This document shows, in pieces, positions 20,203 through 28,636 of a stretch of 64,000 bases of DNA (its first letter is position 1; each line of letters starts with the position of its first letter). The stretch lies in assembly GCF_949296715.1 (NCBI RefSeq), contig NZ_CASFQD010000059.1, positions 1,734-65,733 of the forward strand, read 5' to 3'. Position numbers and translations under genes: made by a program. The DNA is from an uncultured Alistipes sp. (GTDB lineage: Bacteria > Bacteroidota > Bacteroidia > Bacteroidales > Rikenellaceae). A model generated the notes under the pieces. That model saw only the letters and a program-made list of their open reading frames with translations, did not search any database and had not been told where the DNA came from.

Positions 20203-21837
20203 ATGAAAACCCTGCTGCTGACCTGCGCCGCGCTGCTCGGTGCGGCGACACTGGCGGCCCGGGAGCCGCAGGCCCCCTGGACCGCTGACCTCGGCGACGG
20301 CACCTACCGCAATCCGGTGCTGTGGGCCGACTACTCCGATCCGGACGTCATCCGCACGGGCGACGACTACTGGATGACCGCCTCGTCATTCGCCTGCGTG
20401 CCGGGGTTGCAAATCCTCCACTCGACGGACCTCGTCAACTGGGAGATCGTCGCCGCGGCGCTGCCGCGCCTCTACGACGGGGCGTTCGACGCCCCGAGCC
20501 ACGGCAACGGCGTCTGGGCCCCGGCCATCCGCTATCACGAGGGCTTCTACTACATCTACTGGGGCGATCCCGACCGGGGCATCTACATGATCCGCAGCCG
20601 TGACCCGCGGGGCGAGTGGTCGGCGCCGCATCTGGTGAAGGCCGCGCGGGGGATGATCGACCCCTGCCCGCTGTGGGACGACGACGGCCGTGCCTACCTC
20701 GTGCACGGCTGGGCCGGGTCGCGGGCGGGCTTCAAGAGCGTGTTGAGCGTCTCGGAGATGTCGGCCGACGGCGGGCGTCTGCTCGGCGAGGAGGTGCTCG
20801 TCTTCGACGGACACGACGCCAACCCGACGGTCGAGGGCCCGAAGTTCTACAAGCGCGACGGCTGGTACTACATCTTCGCCCCGGCGGGCGGCGTCAAGCC
20901 GGGGTGGCAGCTCGTGCTGCGCGCCCGTTCGCCGTTCGGCCCTTACGAGTGGCGCCGGGTGCTGCATCAGGGCGATACTCCGACGCCCGGACCTCATCAG
21001 GGCGGCTGGGTCGAGGATGTCGCGGGCCGTTCGTGGTTCCTGCACTTTGTGGACGAGTATGCCTACGGGCGCGTCGTGCACCTCCAGCCCATGACATGGT
21101 CCGATGACGGCTGGTGCCTGATCGGTGAGGACAGCAACGGCGACGGCGTGGGCGAGCCCGTTGCGCGGTGGCGGAAACCCGCTTCGCGCATCCCGTCGGC
21201 GCTCCGCATGCCCGTCATGAGCGACCGGTTCGACGGCCGCACGCTGGGGTTGCAGTGGCAGTGGGCGGCCAATCCGGCGGCAGGGTGGTATTTCCACCAT
21301 CCGGCGGCGGGGTGCCTGCGCCTGATGTGCGTGCGGCGTCCCGACGGGTGGCGCAACCTCTGGGACACGCCCAACCTCCTGCTGCAAAAGGTTCCCGGGC
21401 CCGACTGCACCTTCACGGCGAAGGTCCGCTTCCGCGGCGCCTACGACGGCGACCGGGCCGGGCTGGTCGTGATGGGGGAGGATTACGCCCTGCTGGGGCT
21501 GGAGCGGCGCGACGGGACGACGCTGTTGACGCTCGCGCGCTGTGCGGAGGCCGATGGCGGTGCCGCGGAGCAGTCCGAAGTCTCGGTCGTGGCGCCCGAC
21601 GGGGAGGTGTGGCTGCGATGTCGCATCGAACGGCAGCGCAACGACGACGGCACGCCCCGCATGTGCTGCCGCTTCTCGTTCAGCCGCGACGGCCGCCGGT
21701 TCGATCCCCTCGGCGAACCCTTCGTCGCGCAGGCGGGCCGCTGGATCGGCGCGAAGGTGGGCCTTGTGGCCGAAGCGGCGCAGCAGCGCAACGACGGCGG
21801 CTGGCTCGACGTCGACGAGTTTCTGGTAACGGAATAG
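20203..21837 (+). CDS. GH43 glycoside hydrolase (beta-xylosidase/arabinofuranosidase-like) with C-terminal beta-sandwich
   Basis: ATG at 20203 is in frame with ORF 19849..21837. Signal peptide MKTLLLTCAALLGAATLAA. NPVLWADYSDPDV and WAPAIRYH are typical of GH43. Confidence 0.9.
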   Translation: MKTLLLTCAALLGAATLAAREPQAPWTADLGDGTYRNPVLWADYSDPDVIRTGDDYWMTASSFACVPGLQILHSTDLVNWEIVAAALPRLYDGAFDAPSHGNGVWAPAIRYHEGFYYIYWGDPDRGIYMIRSRDPRGEWSAPHLVKAARGMIDPCPLWDDDGRAYLVHGWAGSRAGFKSVLSVSEMSADGGRLLGEEVLVFDGHDANPTVEGPKFYKRDGWYYIFAPAGGVKPGWQLVLRARSPFGPYEWRRVLHQGDTPTPGPHQGGWVEDVAGRSWFLHFVDEYAYGRVVHLQPMTWSDDGWCLIGEDSNGDGVGEPVARWRKPASRIPSALRMPVMSDRFDGRTLGLQWQWAANPAAGWYFHHPAAGCLRLMCVRRPDGWRNLWDTPNLLLQKVPGPDCTFTAKVRFRGAYDGDRAGLVVMGEDYALLGLERRDGTTLLTLARCAEADGGAAEQSEVSVVAPDGEVWLRCRIERQRNDDGTPRMCCRFSFSRDGRRFDPLGEPFVAQAGRWIGAKVGLVAEAAQQRNDGGWLDVDEFLVTE

Positions 21838-21934
21838 ACGGTGTCGGAGCGGGCCTGCGCCGGAGCGGATGCCCCGGCCGGGCCGAAGCCCGGCGTCGAC
21901 CGGGACGGTGACGGCAGCACCCGGGTGCGGCGGG

Positions 21935-23260
21935 TCAGTTGCCCGCCTTGGCGCGGATCGTCCCGAGGCGGTCGGTCATGATGTATTGCAGCACCCCGCG
22001 CAGGAACATGTAGAGCGTGAAGGCGAGCCACAGGGCGTTGTTGCCGATTAGCGGGCGCCCGAGCCAGAAGATGGCGAAGTAGGCCGCCGTGGCACCGAAC
22101 ATCGAGTTGCGCATGACGCGCGTCTCGGTGGCGCCCACCATGATGCCGTCCATGATGAAGGGCATGGCCGATGCCACGGGGATGAGGATGACCCACACGA
22201 CGTAGTGCCCGGCCAGCTCGGTGAGCGCCGCGGCATTGGGCGCCGCGGGGTCCATGAAGAGCCCCACGAGCTCGCGCCACCAGACGAGGTATACCCCCAC
22301 GAAGAGCAGGGCGATGGCCGTGCCCCAGGCGAGGCAGCGGTGCAGGCAGGCACGCAGCGACGCGCCGTCGCGTGCGCCGATGAAGCGCCCGGTGAGGGCT
22401 TCGGCGGCGTAGGCAAAGCCGTCGTTCATGTAGGAGAAGAGCGTGAAGAGCTCCAGCAGCAGCGTGTTGACGGCCAGCAGCGCCGGGTCGTCCATGCGGG
22501 CCGACGCCCCCGTGAAGAAGGTGTAGACGGCCACGATGCAGAACGTGCGCAGGATGATGTCGCGGTTGATCCGGAAAAAGGTCTTGAGCGGTGTCATGTC
22601 GAGCACCTCGGACCAGTCGACTGCCGTGAGCAGGCGGCGGTAGCGCACGAGAAGCAGCACGGCCGAGAGCACGACGCCCGTCCACTGGGCGATGACCGAG
22701 GCGTAGGCGATGCCGACGATGCCCAGGTCGAGCCCGAAGGCGAACCAGAGGCTGCACAGCATGTGGACGATGTTGACCGTGACGGCCGTGCACATGGGGA
22801 TCACGGCGTTCTGCATGCCCGTGAACCAGCCGTTGAAGCCGAAGAGCAGGATACCCGCCGGCACGGCCCAGATGCGCGTGTAGAAGTACTCGCGGGTCAT
22901 CTCCGAGCCGTTGAGGGCCCACAGCGCCGCCTCGCCCACGGGGTATTGCAGGACGACCATCACCACACCCATCACCACGGCCACGGCCAGCGCGCGCATC
23001 AGCATGTTCGTGCATTCGCGGTAGTTGCCCGCGCCGAAGGCCTGCGCCGTGAGGCCGCTCGTGCCCATGCGCACGAACGAGCAGTTCCAGTAGATGAAGT
23101 TGAAGATCGAGACCCCGATGGCCAGCGCGCCGATCGTCGCGGCGGTGTCGGCGCCCCAGTGCCCGGCAATGGCCGTCGAGACGATGCCCATCAGGGGCAC
23201 GGTGATGTTCGAGACGATGTTCGGCAGCGCAAGGCGCAGTATTTCACGGTTCATGCTCAT
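21935..23260 (-). CDS. MATE family efflux transporter (DinF-like)
   Basis: ORF 21935..23281. The -7 box at 23277-23270 lies inside the long form, so the start is probably the ATG at 23260 (or 23254). About 12 TM helices; N-terminus ILRLALPNIVSNITVPLMG. Confidence 0.88.
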   Translation of the reverse strand: MSMNREILRLALPNIVSNITVPLMGIVSTAIAGHWGADTAATIGALAIGVSIFNFIYWNCSFVRMGTSGLTAQAFGAGNYRECTNMLMRALAVAVVMGVVMVVLQYPVGEAALWALNGSEMTREYFYTRIWAVPAGILLFGFNGWFTGMQNAVIPMCTAVTVNIVHMLCSLWFAFGLDLGIVGIAYASVIAQWTGVVLSAVLLLVRYRRLLTAVDWSEVLDMTPLKTFFRINRDIILRTFCIVAVYTFFTGASARMDDPALLAVNTLLLELFTLFSYMNDGFAYAAEALTGRFIGARDGASLRACLHRCLAWGTAIALLFVGVYLVWWRELVGLFMDPAAPNAAALTELAGHYVVWVILIPVASAMPFIMDGIMVGATETRVMRNSMFGATAAYFAIFWLGRPLIGNNALWLAFTLYMFLRGVLQYIMTDRLGTIRAKAGN

Positions 23261-23269
23261 ACGTGACTG

Positions 23270-23277
23270 CAAAGATA
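23270..23277 (-). promoter_or_regulatory. -7 promoter box TATCTTTG (MATE gene)
   Basis: Plus strand reads caaagata. The box is 9 nt from the ATG at 23260. Confidence 0.6.
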
Positions 23278-23360
23278 GCATTTTGGGGCGGATTTGTGTC
23301 GGCCGGCGTTATTTCCCGATTAATTCCTGCCGGCGATGCGCACAATACGGAAAAATGGAT

Positions 23361-23368
23361 TACCTTTG
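23361..23368 (+). promoter_or_regulatory. -7 promoter box TACCTTTG (pseudouridine synthase gene)
   Basis: Matches TAnnTTTG, 33 nt upstream of the ATG at 23402. Confidence 0.6.
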
Positions 23369-23401
23369 CCGCGTCATTTGCAATCATATACAGACACCAA
23401 G

Positions 23402-24724
23402 ATGAAAGAGATCAAAAACGACACGACCTCCGTGCTTTCGCGCTTCGGCCGCGACAAGCGCACCCGTACCGTGACGGCGACGGCGGAGCGTGTCGAGCGT
23501 CGCCCGCGTTTGCAGCGTGAGGCTGCCGATTCGGAGCACCCGAACCATACGGAGCATGCGGAACGCCGCGCTTCGTACAATCCCCACTTTACGGCGGACA
23601 ACCGTCCCCGCTTCGAGAAGCCGCACCGCGAGGAGGGCGACCGTCCGCACCGCACCTACGGCGAGCACTCTGCACACCGCGACGGCGAGCGCCGCGGACA
23701 GGGCGCCTACGGCGACAAGCCCCGCTACGAAGGGGCCCGCGCGCGGCAGGACGAGGAGCGCCCGCGCCGCAGCTACGGCGACAAACCCGCCTACCGCGGC
23801 GAGCGTGACGGCGAGGAGCGCGCAGCGAAGCGCTATGGTGCCGAGGGCCGCCGCAGCGGGGAAGGCCGCCCCTACGGCGAGAAGCGCTACGGCGAAAGGA
23901 AATACGGCGAGAAGAGGAGCGGCGAGAAGAAGTACGGCGGGAAGCCCGCCTACCGCAAGCGTGCGGAGGCCCCGGCCAATTACCCGAAATACAATCCTGA
24001 ACGTCAGACGGGCGAAATCCGCCTGAACCGCTTTATCGCGCAGTCGGGCATCTGCTCGCGCCGTGAGGCCGACGACTTCATCACGGCGGGACTGGTCTCG
24101 GTCAACGGCGTGATTGTCACCGAACTCGGCACGAAGGTGAAGCCCACCGACGAGGTGAAGTTCAACGACAGCCGCGTGCAGGGCGAGAAGAAGGTCTATC
24201 TCGTGCTGAACAAGCCCAAGGGCTATGTCACGTCGCTCGACGACCCGCACGCCGGGAAGACGGTCATGGAGCTGGTCAAGGGGGCCTGCACGGAGCGCAT
24301 CTACCCGGTGGGACGCCTCGACAAGAACAGCGTGGGGCTGCTGCTCTTCACCAACGACGGCGACCTGACGCGCCAGCTGACGCACCCCTCCTATAAGAAG
24401 AAGAAGGTCTACCAGGTGTCGCTCGACAAGCCGCTGACGCGCGCCGACATGGACCGCATCGCCGAGGGCATCACGCTCGGGGACGGCGAGATCTATGCCG
24501 ACGAAATCTCCTACGTCAAGGAGAACAAGCAGGAGGTGGGCATCGAGATTCACTCGGGCCGCAACCGCATCGTGCGCCGCATCTTCGAGTTCCTGGGCTA
24601 CAACGTCACGAAGCTCGACCGCGTCTACTATGCGGGCCTGACGAAGAAGAACCTCAAGCGTGGGGCATGGCGTTTCCTCACGCGCGAGGAGGTCGAGCGC
24701 CTCAAGTCGGGACAGTACGAATAA
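23402..24724 (+). CDS. rluB: RluB/RsuA-family 23S rRNA pseudouridine synthase with a long basic disordered N-terminal extension
   Basis: ORF 23336..24724 with ATG at 23402. S4 domain (IRLNRFIAQSGICSRREAD) and the catalytic motif VGRLDKNSVGLLLFTNDG. The first ~200 aa are R/G/E/K/Y-rich and low complexity. Confidence 0.88.
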   Translation: MKEIKNDTTSVLSRFGRDKRTRTVTATAERVERRPRLQREAADSEHPNHTEHAERRASYNPHFTADNRPRFEKPHREEGDRPHRTYGEHSAHRDGERRGQGAYGDKPRYEGARARQDEERPRRSYGDKPAYRGERDGEERAAKRYGAEGRRSGEGRPYGEKRYGERKYGEKRSGEKKYGGKPAYRKRAEAPANYPKYNPERQTGEIRLNRFIAQSGICSRREADDFITAGLVSVNGVIVTELGTKVKPTDEVKFNDSRVQGEKKVYLVLNKPKGYVTSLDDPHAGKTVMELVKGACTERIYPVGRLDKNSVGLLLFTNDGDLTRQLTHPSYKKKKVYQVSLDKPLTRADMDRIAEGITLGDGEIYADEISYVKENKQEVGIEIHSGRNRIVRRIFEFLGYNVTKLDRVYYAGLTKKNLKRGAWRFLTREEVERLKSGQYE

Positions 24725-24809
24725 CCGTCGGTCGGGGCCGGAGAACCTCCCCTTGTCTTGGGGCTTATCCTTGCCGCGGAGGTTTGTCCCGATTGCTCCG
24801 GGCCGTATG

Positions 24810-24849
24810 AAAAAGCGATTCTTCCCACACCGGGAAGAATCGCTTTTTT
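24810..24849. terminator. bidirectional intrinsic terminator after the rluB-like gene
   Basis: AAAAA-GCGATTCTTCCC-acacc-GGGAAGAATCGC-TTTTTT. Confidence 0.88.
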
Positions 24850-24904
24850 GTCGGGATAGTGTCGTTGGGTGCGGGCCGCAGCGGGGGGGGAGAACCTGTC
24901 GAGG

Positions 24905-25200
24905 GAGGACCTGCCGGGGACGGTGTTGTTGGGGAAGGTGCTGCCGGGGTGCCTGCCCGCCGGGACCGTGCCTGCCGGGAGTGCCTGCAAGGAAGAGTCC
25001 GCGGAAAAGCCTGCCGAGGGCATCTGCCGGGAAAACGTCTGCCGGAAGATATTTGTCCGGGTCCGTCGGAAAAATGCCTGTCGGGGGCATCTGCCGGGAA
25101 AAACGTCTGCCGGAAGATACTTGCCCGGGGACCGTCGGGAAAATGCCTGCCGGGAAAATGCCTGCCGGGGGAATGCCCGTCCGGGAAACGTTCGTCGGCC
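24905..25200. repeat. degenerate CTGCCGGG-core tandem array, including a 67/68-bp direct duplication
   Basis: About 18 copies of (A-run)-N-CTGCCGGG-like units spaced 13-17 bp apart. 25020-25086 and 25087-25154 are near-identical. Confidence 0.85.
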
Positions 25201-25255
25201 AAACTCCGCAGCGTCCGGCGTCCGGTCTTTCGTCGCCCCCCCCCTCCTGGCTGCT

Positions 25256-26788
25256 TTACCTTGTGTTTGTCGCCTGCTCCCAGGCCGTCTGCTCGTAGTA
25301 CTCCTGCAGCCGCAGCGCGGGTTTGCTGGTCGAGACGCCCGAATAACTGGTGATGGGGTTCAGCCGCCCGTTGTAGGCCGAGTAGAACGACGGGGTGTTG
25401 AGGCGGCACTCCGCGGGGAAGGCCTCGTCGAAGCGTGTGCCGAATTCCGAGAGCAGGGCCGCATCGGAGCACGACAGCGAGACGTAGTGGCCCAGGTCGT
25501 AGAAGATGTGCGACGAGAGCCCCTCGTAGCTCTGCAGCGTGTTGAGGTCGAAATTCTGCCGCGCGGCAGCGTAGAGACGCCGCACGACATCGTCCAGCCC
25601 CGGCCGGCCGTCGCGGCCGTCGAGTGCGGCGGTGACGCAGAGCGAGATGCAGCCCGACTGCTCGTTGTAGGGGACGCTCTGCCAGTCGTTCTGGTAGAAG
25701 TCCCAGAAGGCGCGGCACACCTGCGTGAGCCGGTCGCCGATGCGCTCCCCGGTGAAGAGGTATGGCACGGTCCGGTCGTAGGGGAACCCGGCGGCCATGA
25801 TCTCGCACGGCGAAGCAACGATGTAGTCGAAGCCGCCGCGCAGGTCGTAGAGCGTCTCGATGTTGGCCATGAAGCAGGCGTCGAAGATCAGGTAGTCGAA
25901 CCGGTAGGGCAGCGCCTCGATCGCCGCGGCGAACTCCGCGATGTCGATCTCGTAGCCCGTGTCGCCGAACGAACGGGTCGGCTTCGCATCCGGAAGCGGC
26001 CGCCACAGGTTGTCGCTCACGGCCGCTGCGCCCGGCGCCGTGCCGTACTGCACACTCGCCGAGTAGATCGAGCCTGCGGCCTTCGGGACCCAGGCCTTGC
26101 CGTGGCAGCCGATGATGAGCCCGTACTCCTCGGCCGGGGCGTATTCGGCCACGTCGGCGAACATCTCCGCCAGCGACTGCGGCGCCGCGGCCGAGAACGA
26201 CGCATACTCCTTGAGGGTCTCGACGGTGCTGCCGCCCGAGGCGTAGTCGTAGCGGACCTCCTGCAGCAGGGCGGCGTCGTGCCCCTGCGGCTGGTAGCAG
26301 ACGAGGATGCGGCTGTCGCCCGGCACCTGTGCCGTGACGGCCTTGCGGATGCCGTCGATGTTGGTCTTGTAGTAGGAGAGCAGCGAACGCCCCGGCATGT
26401 AGAGCAGCATCGTGCGGGGTGCCGTGGCGGGGCTCTGGCATACCTCGAGGGTGCGCTCCGCACCCGAACTGCCCGTTCCCGTGCGGAAGGTCACCGTGCC
26501 GAGCGTGCGGCGCAGGTGCTCCCCGTTCTCCTGCGTGGCGGTCACCGTGACGACGGTCTCGCCCCGGCTGCCCGAGACGGGCGTGATGTCGAAGCCGCTG
26601 CCCGCGACGGTCAGCTCCCATGCTCCGTTGGCCGTTACGGTGACGGAGGCTTCGCTCCCGGCGGCCCCCTGAAGCACGACCTCTGCGGCCGAGAGTTCGA
26701 GCCGCGACGTCGGGGTCTTCTCCCTGCTGCAGGCGGCTGTCAGCAGCACCGCGCAGAGCAGCAGTGTATGTCGGATCGGTCGGATCAT
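25256..26788 (-). CDS. clostripain-family (C11) cysteine peptidase lipoprotein with N-terminal BACON-like domain
   Basis: Lipobox LLTAAC. The N-terminal ~90 aa resemble BACON (LELSAAEVVLQGAAGSEASVTVTANGAWE). His/Cys dyad context IIGCHGKAW and FDACFMAN. Confidence 0.85.
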   Translation of the reverse strand: MIRPIRHTLLLCAVLLTAACSREKTPTSRLELSAAEVVLQGAAGSEASVTVTANGAWELTVAGSGFDITPVSGSRGETVVTVTATQENGEHLRRTLGTVTFRTGTGSSGAERTLEVCQSPATAPRTMLLYMPGRSLLSYYKTNIDGIRKAVTAQVPGDSRILVCYQPQGHDAALLQEVRYDYASGGSTVETLKEYASFSAAAPQSLAEMFADVAEYAPAEEYGLIIGCHGKAWVPKAAGSIYSASVQYGTAPGAAAVSDNLWRPLPDAKPTRSFGDTGYEIDIAEFAAAIEALPYRFDYLIFDACFMANIETLYDLRGGFDYIVASPCEIMAAGFPYDRTVPYLFTGERIGDRLTQVCRAFWDFYQNDWQSVPYNEQSGCISLCVTAALDGRDGRPGLDDVVRRLYAAARQNFDLNTLQSYEGLSSHIFYDLGHYVSLSCSDAALLSEFGTRFDEAFPAECRLNTPSFYSAYNGRLNPITSYSGVSTSKPALRLQEYYEQTAWEQATNTR

Positions 26789-26794
26789 GGTCTT

Positions 26795-27595
26795 CTATTT
26801 ATAGGTGCGGGGTTTGAGGTTGTTGAACTGCCACGTGCGGTCGCGCTTGTAGGTGTAGCCTTCGGGCTTGTTCCAGTAGATGCGGCTGAAGTCGAAGTAG
26901 AAGCCCTTGCGCTTTTTGCCGTCGACGACGTAGGGAACGGTCAGCGGCACGAACTCCACCGAGCGGCTGACGACGCGCGCCTTGTCGTAGGAGAGCCCGT
27001 CGGCCGTGAGCAGGTCGAGCGCATGGTCGAACATCAGGATGTGGCGCGGGGTCTTCTGCGTGAGGCCGTCGCCCGACTGGTTGATCGCCCGCAGCACGCC
27101 GTTCATGCGGTTGAAATAGGCGCGTTCCTCGTTCCTGTCGCCCAGCGCCCCGTAGGCGTAGGCCATCAGGTTGAGTATTTTCGGACTGAAAGGGTCGTGC
27201 TTGAGTGCCGCACGTCCCGTCTGGACGATCTCCTCCAGCCGCTCCACGGTGGGGTGGTCGGGATCGAGCCCCGAGGCGAGCAGCAGCAGCCGGTCCAGCT
27301 CGGGGTTCGTCTGCAGGGGCTTGTACTCCTCCTGATAGGCATAGCCGTAGTAGAGGTAGTGGTAATCCTCGTCCGTGAGGGTTTCGTCCCCGGCGTTGTA
27401 GCGCATCATGAGCGACGTGTAGTAGTAGGGCGACGAGGCGTCCATCGTCCGGTCGATGATGTCCTCCTCGTCGGGGACCTTGGCCGCGGCCGTGCGGGGC
27501 AGGGCCAGGAGCAGGGCCATCGTGACGAGCAGCATCGTCCGGACGGAGCGCCGCCGTGTGTGCCGGCAGTCGGCGTGGTGGGGGAATCGTATCAT
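26795..27595 (-). CDS. secreted hypothetical protein (DUF4919-like)
   Basis: ORF 26795..27664. The ATG at 27595 avoids overlap with dapA and gives a signal peptide ending ALPRTAAA. The family call is from memory of the YYYTSLMMRYN and YLYYGYAY regions. Confidence 0.6.
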   Translation of the reverse strand: MIRFPHHADCRHTRRRSVRTMLLVTMALLLALPRTAAAKVPDEEDIIDRTMDASSPYYYTSLMMRYNAGDETLTDEDYHYLYYGYAYQEEYKPLQTNPELDRLLLLASGLDPDHPTVERLEEIVQTGRAALKHDPFSPKILNLMAYAYGALGDRNEERAYFNRMNGVLRAINQSGDGLTQKTPRHILMFDHALDLLTADGLSYDKARVVSRSVEFVPLTVPYVVDGKKRKGFYFDFSRIYWNKPEGYTYKRDRTWQFNNLKPRTYK

Positions 27596-27620
27596 GGTCT
27601 TTTTTTGCACGAACGTATTT

Positions 27621-28511
27621 TCAGCGCAAATCGTATTCGGCGATGAGCTTTTCGAACCGTGCACGCAGGGCTGCCGTGCCCGGCACGAGCGGCAGGCGCA
27701 TCGTGTCGCCGATGAGCCCCATGACCGAAAGAGCGCACTTCACGCCGACGGGATTGCCCTCGGCGAAGAGCGCTTCGACAGCCTCCTTCAGCGAGCGGTA
27801 CTCTTCGTCGGCGCGGTCGAACTCCCCCTTTTTCGCGAGGTTCACGCACTGCATGAACCTCCGCGGGAAGGCGTTGGCCGCCACGGAGATCACGCCGTCG
27901 CCGCCGCGCCGCATCAGCGGAATGGTCATGGCATCGTCGCCCGAGAGGACGAGGAACCCTTCGGGACGGTTGTCCAGGATGCGCTGCATCTGTTCGATGT
28001 CGCCCGACGCCTCCTTGATGCCGATGACGTTCGGCACCTCGCGCGCCAGGCGCAGCGTCGTCTCGGCCGTCATGTTGACGCCCGAGCGGCCCGGGATATT
28101 GTAGAGGATCACCGGCAGGGGCGAGTGCTCCGAGACGGTGCGGAAATGCTGGTAGAGTCCCTCCTGCGACGGTTTGTTGTAGTAGGGCGTGACGCTCAGG
28201 ATGGCGTCGGCGCCCCGCAGGTCGAATTCGCGCAGCTGGTCCAGCACCTCCGAGGTGGAGTTGCCGCCGCAGCCCATCACCAGAGGCACGCGCCCGGCGA
28301 TCTGGTTGGTGATGAACATGGCGATAACGGCGCGCTCGGGCATGTAGAGCGTCGGGGTCTCGGCCGTGGTGCCCAGGGCGACGATGTAGTCCACACCGCC
28401 GTCGATGACGTAGTCGATCATGCGGGCCAGTGCCTTGTAGTCGACCCGGCCGTCGGGTGTGAAGGGGGTAATCATGGCGGCGCCTGCGCCTGCGAGTTTG
28501 GATTGCAGCAT
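27621..28511 (-). CDS. dapA: 4-hydroxy-tetrahydrodipicolinate synthase
   Basis: 296 aa with the typical DapA motifs GAAMITPF, ALGTTAE and PVILYNIPGRSG. Confidence 0.95.
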   Translation of the reverse strand: MLQSKLAGAGAAMITPFTPDGRVDYKALARMIDYVIDGGVDYIVALGTTAETPTLYMPERAVIAMFITNQIAGRVPLVMGCGGNSTSEVLDQLREFDLRGADAILSVTPYYNKPSQEGLYQHFRTVSEHSPLPVILYNIPGRSGVNMTAETTLRLAREVPNVIGIKEASGDIEQMQRILDNRPEGFLVLSGDDAMTIPLMRRGGDGVISVAANAFPRRFMQCVNLAKKGEFDRADEEYRSLKEAVEALFAEGNPVGVKCALSVMGLIGDTMRLPLVPGTAALRARFEKLIAEYDLR

Positions 28512-28549
28512 ATATGTCGTTGTTTGTTTATATTATATGTATCCGTATG

Positions 28550-28557
28550 CAAAAATA
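28550..28557 (-). promoter_or_regulatory. -7 promoter box TATTTTTG (dapA)
   Basis: Plus strand reads caaaaata. The box is 38 nt upstream of the ATG at 28511. Confidence 0.6.
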
Positions 28558-28636
28558 GCAAAAACTTTGCAGGATCGGGCCCGAACCGCAAAAAAGCGGC
28601 TCCGGATCGTGCGAACCCGGCAGCGGGACCGGCCTG

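Noticed and set aside
21877-21894. GCCGGGC-cgaa-GCCCGGC hairpin as a terminator between GH43 and MATE
   Set aside because: It is a stable 7-bp stem but has no T-run on either strand. I left it unannotated because the evidence is insufficient.
24765-27646. Long ORFs 24869..27646 (+) and 24765..26621 (-)
   Set aside because: They are alternative or antisense frames over the C11 peptidase and DUF4919-like genes and over the repeat array. Their translations are low-complexity R/G/P/A strings.
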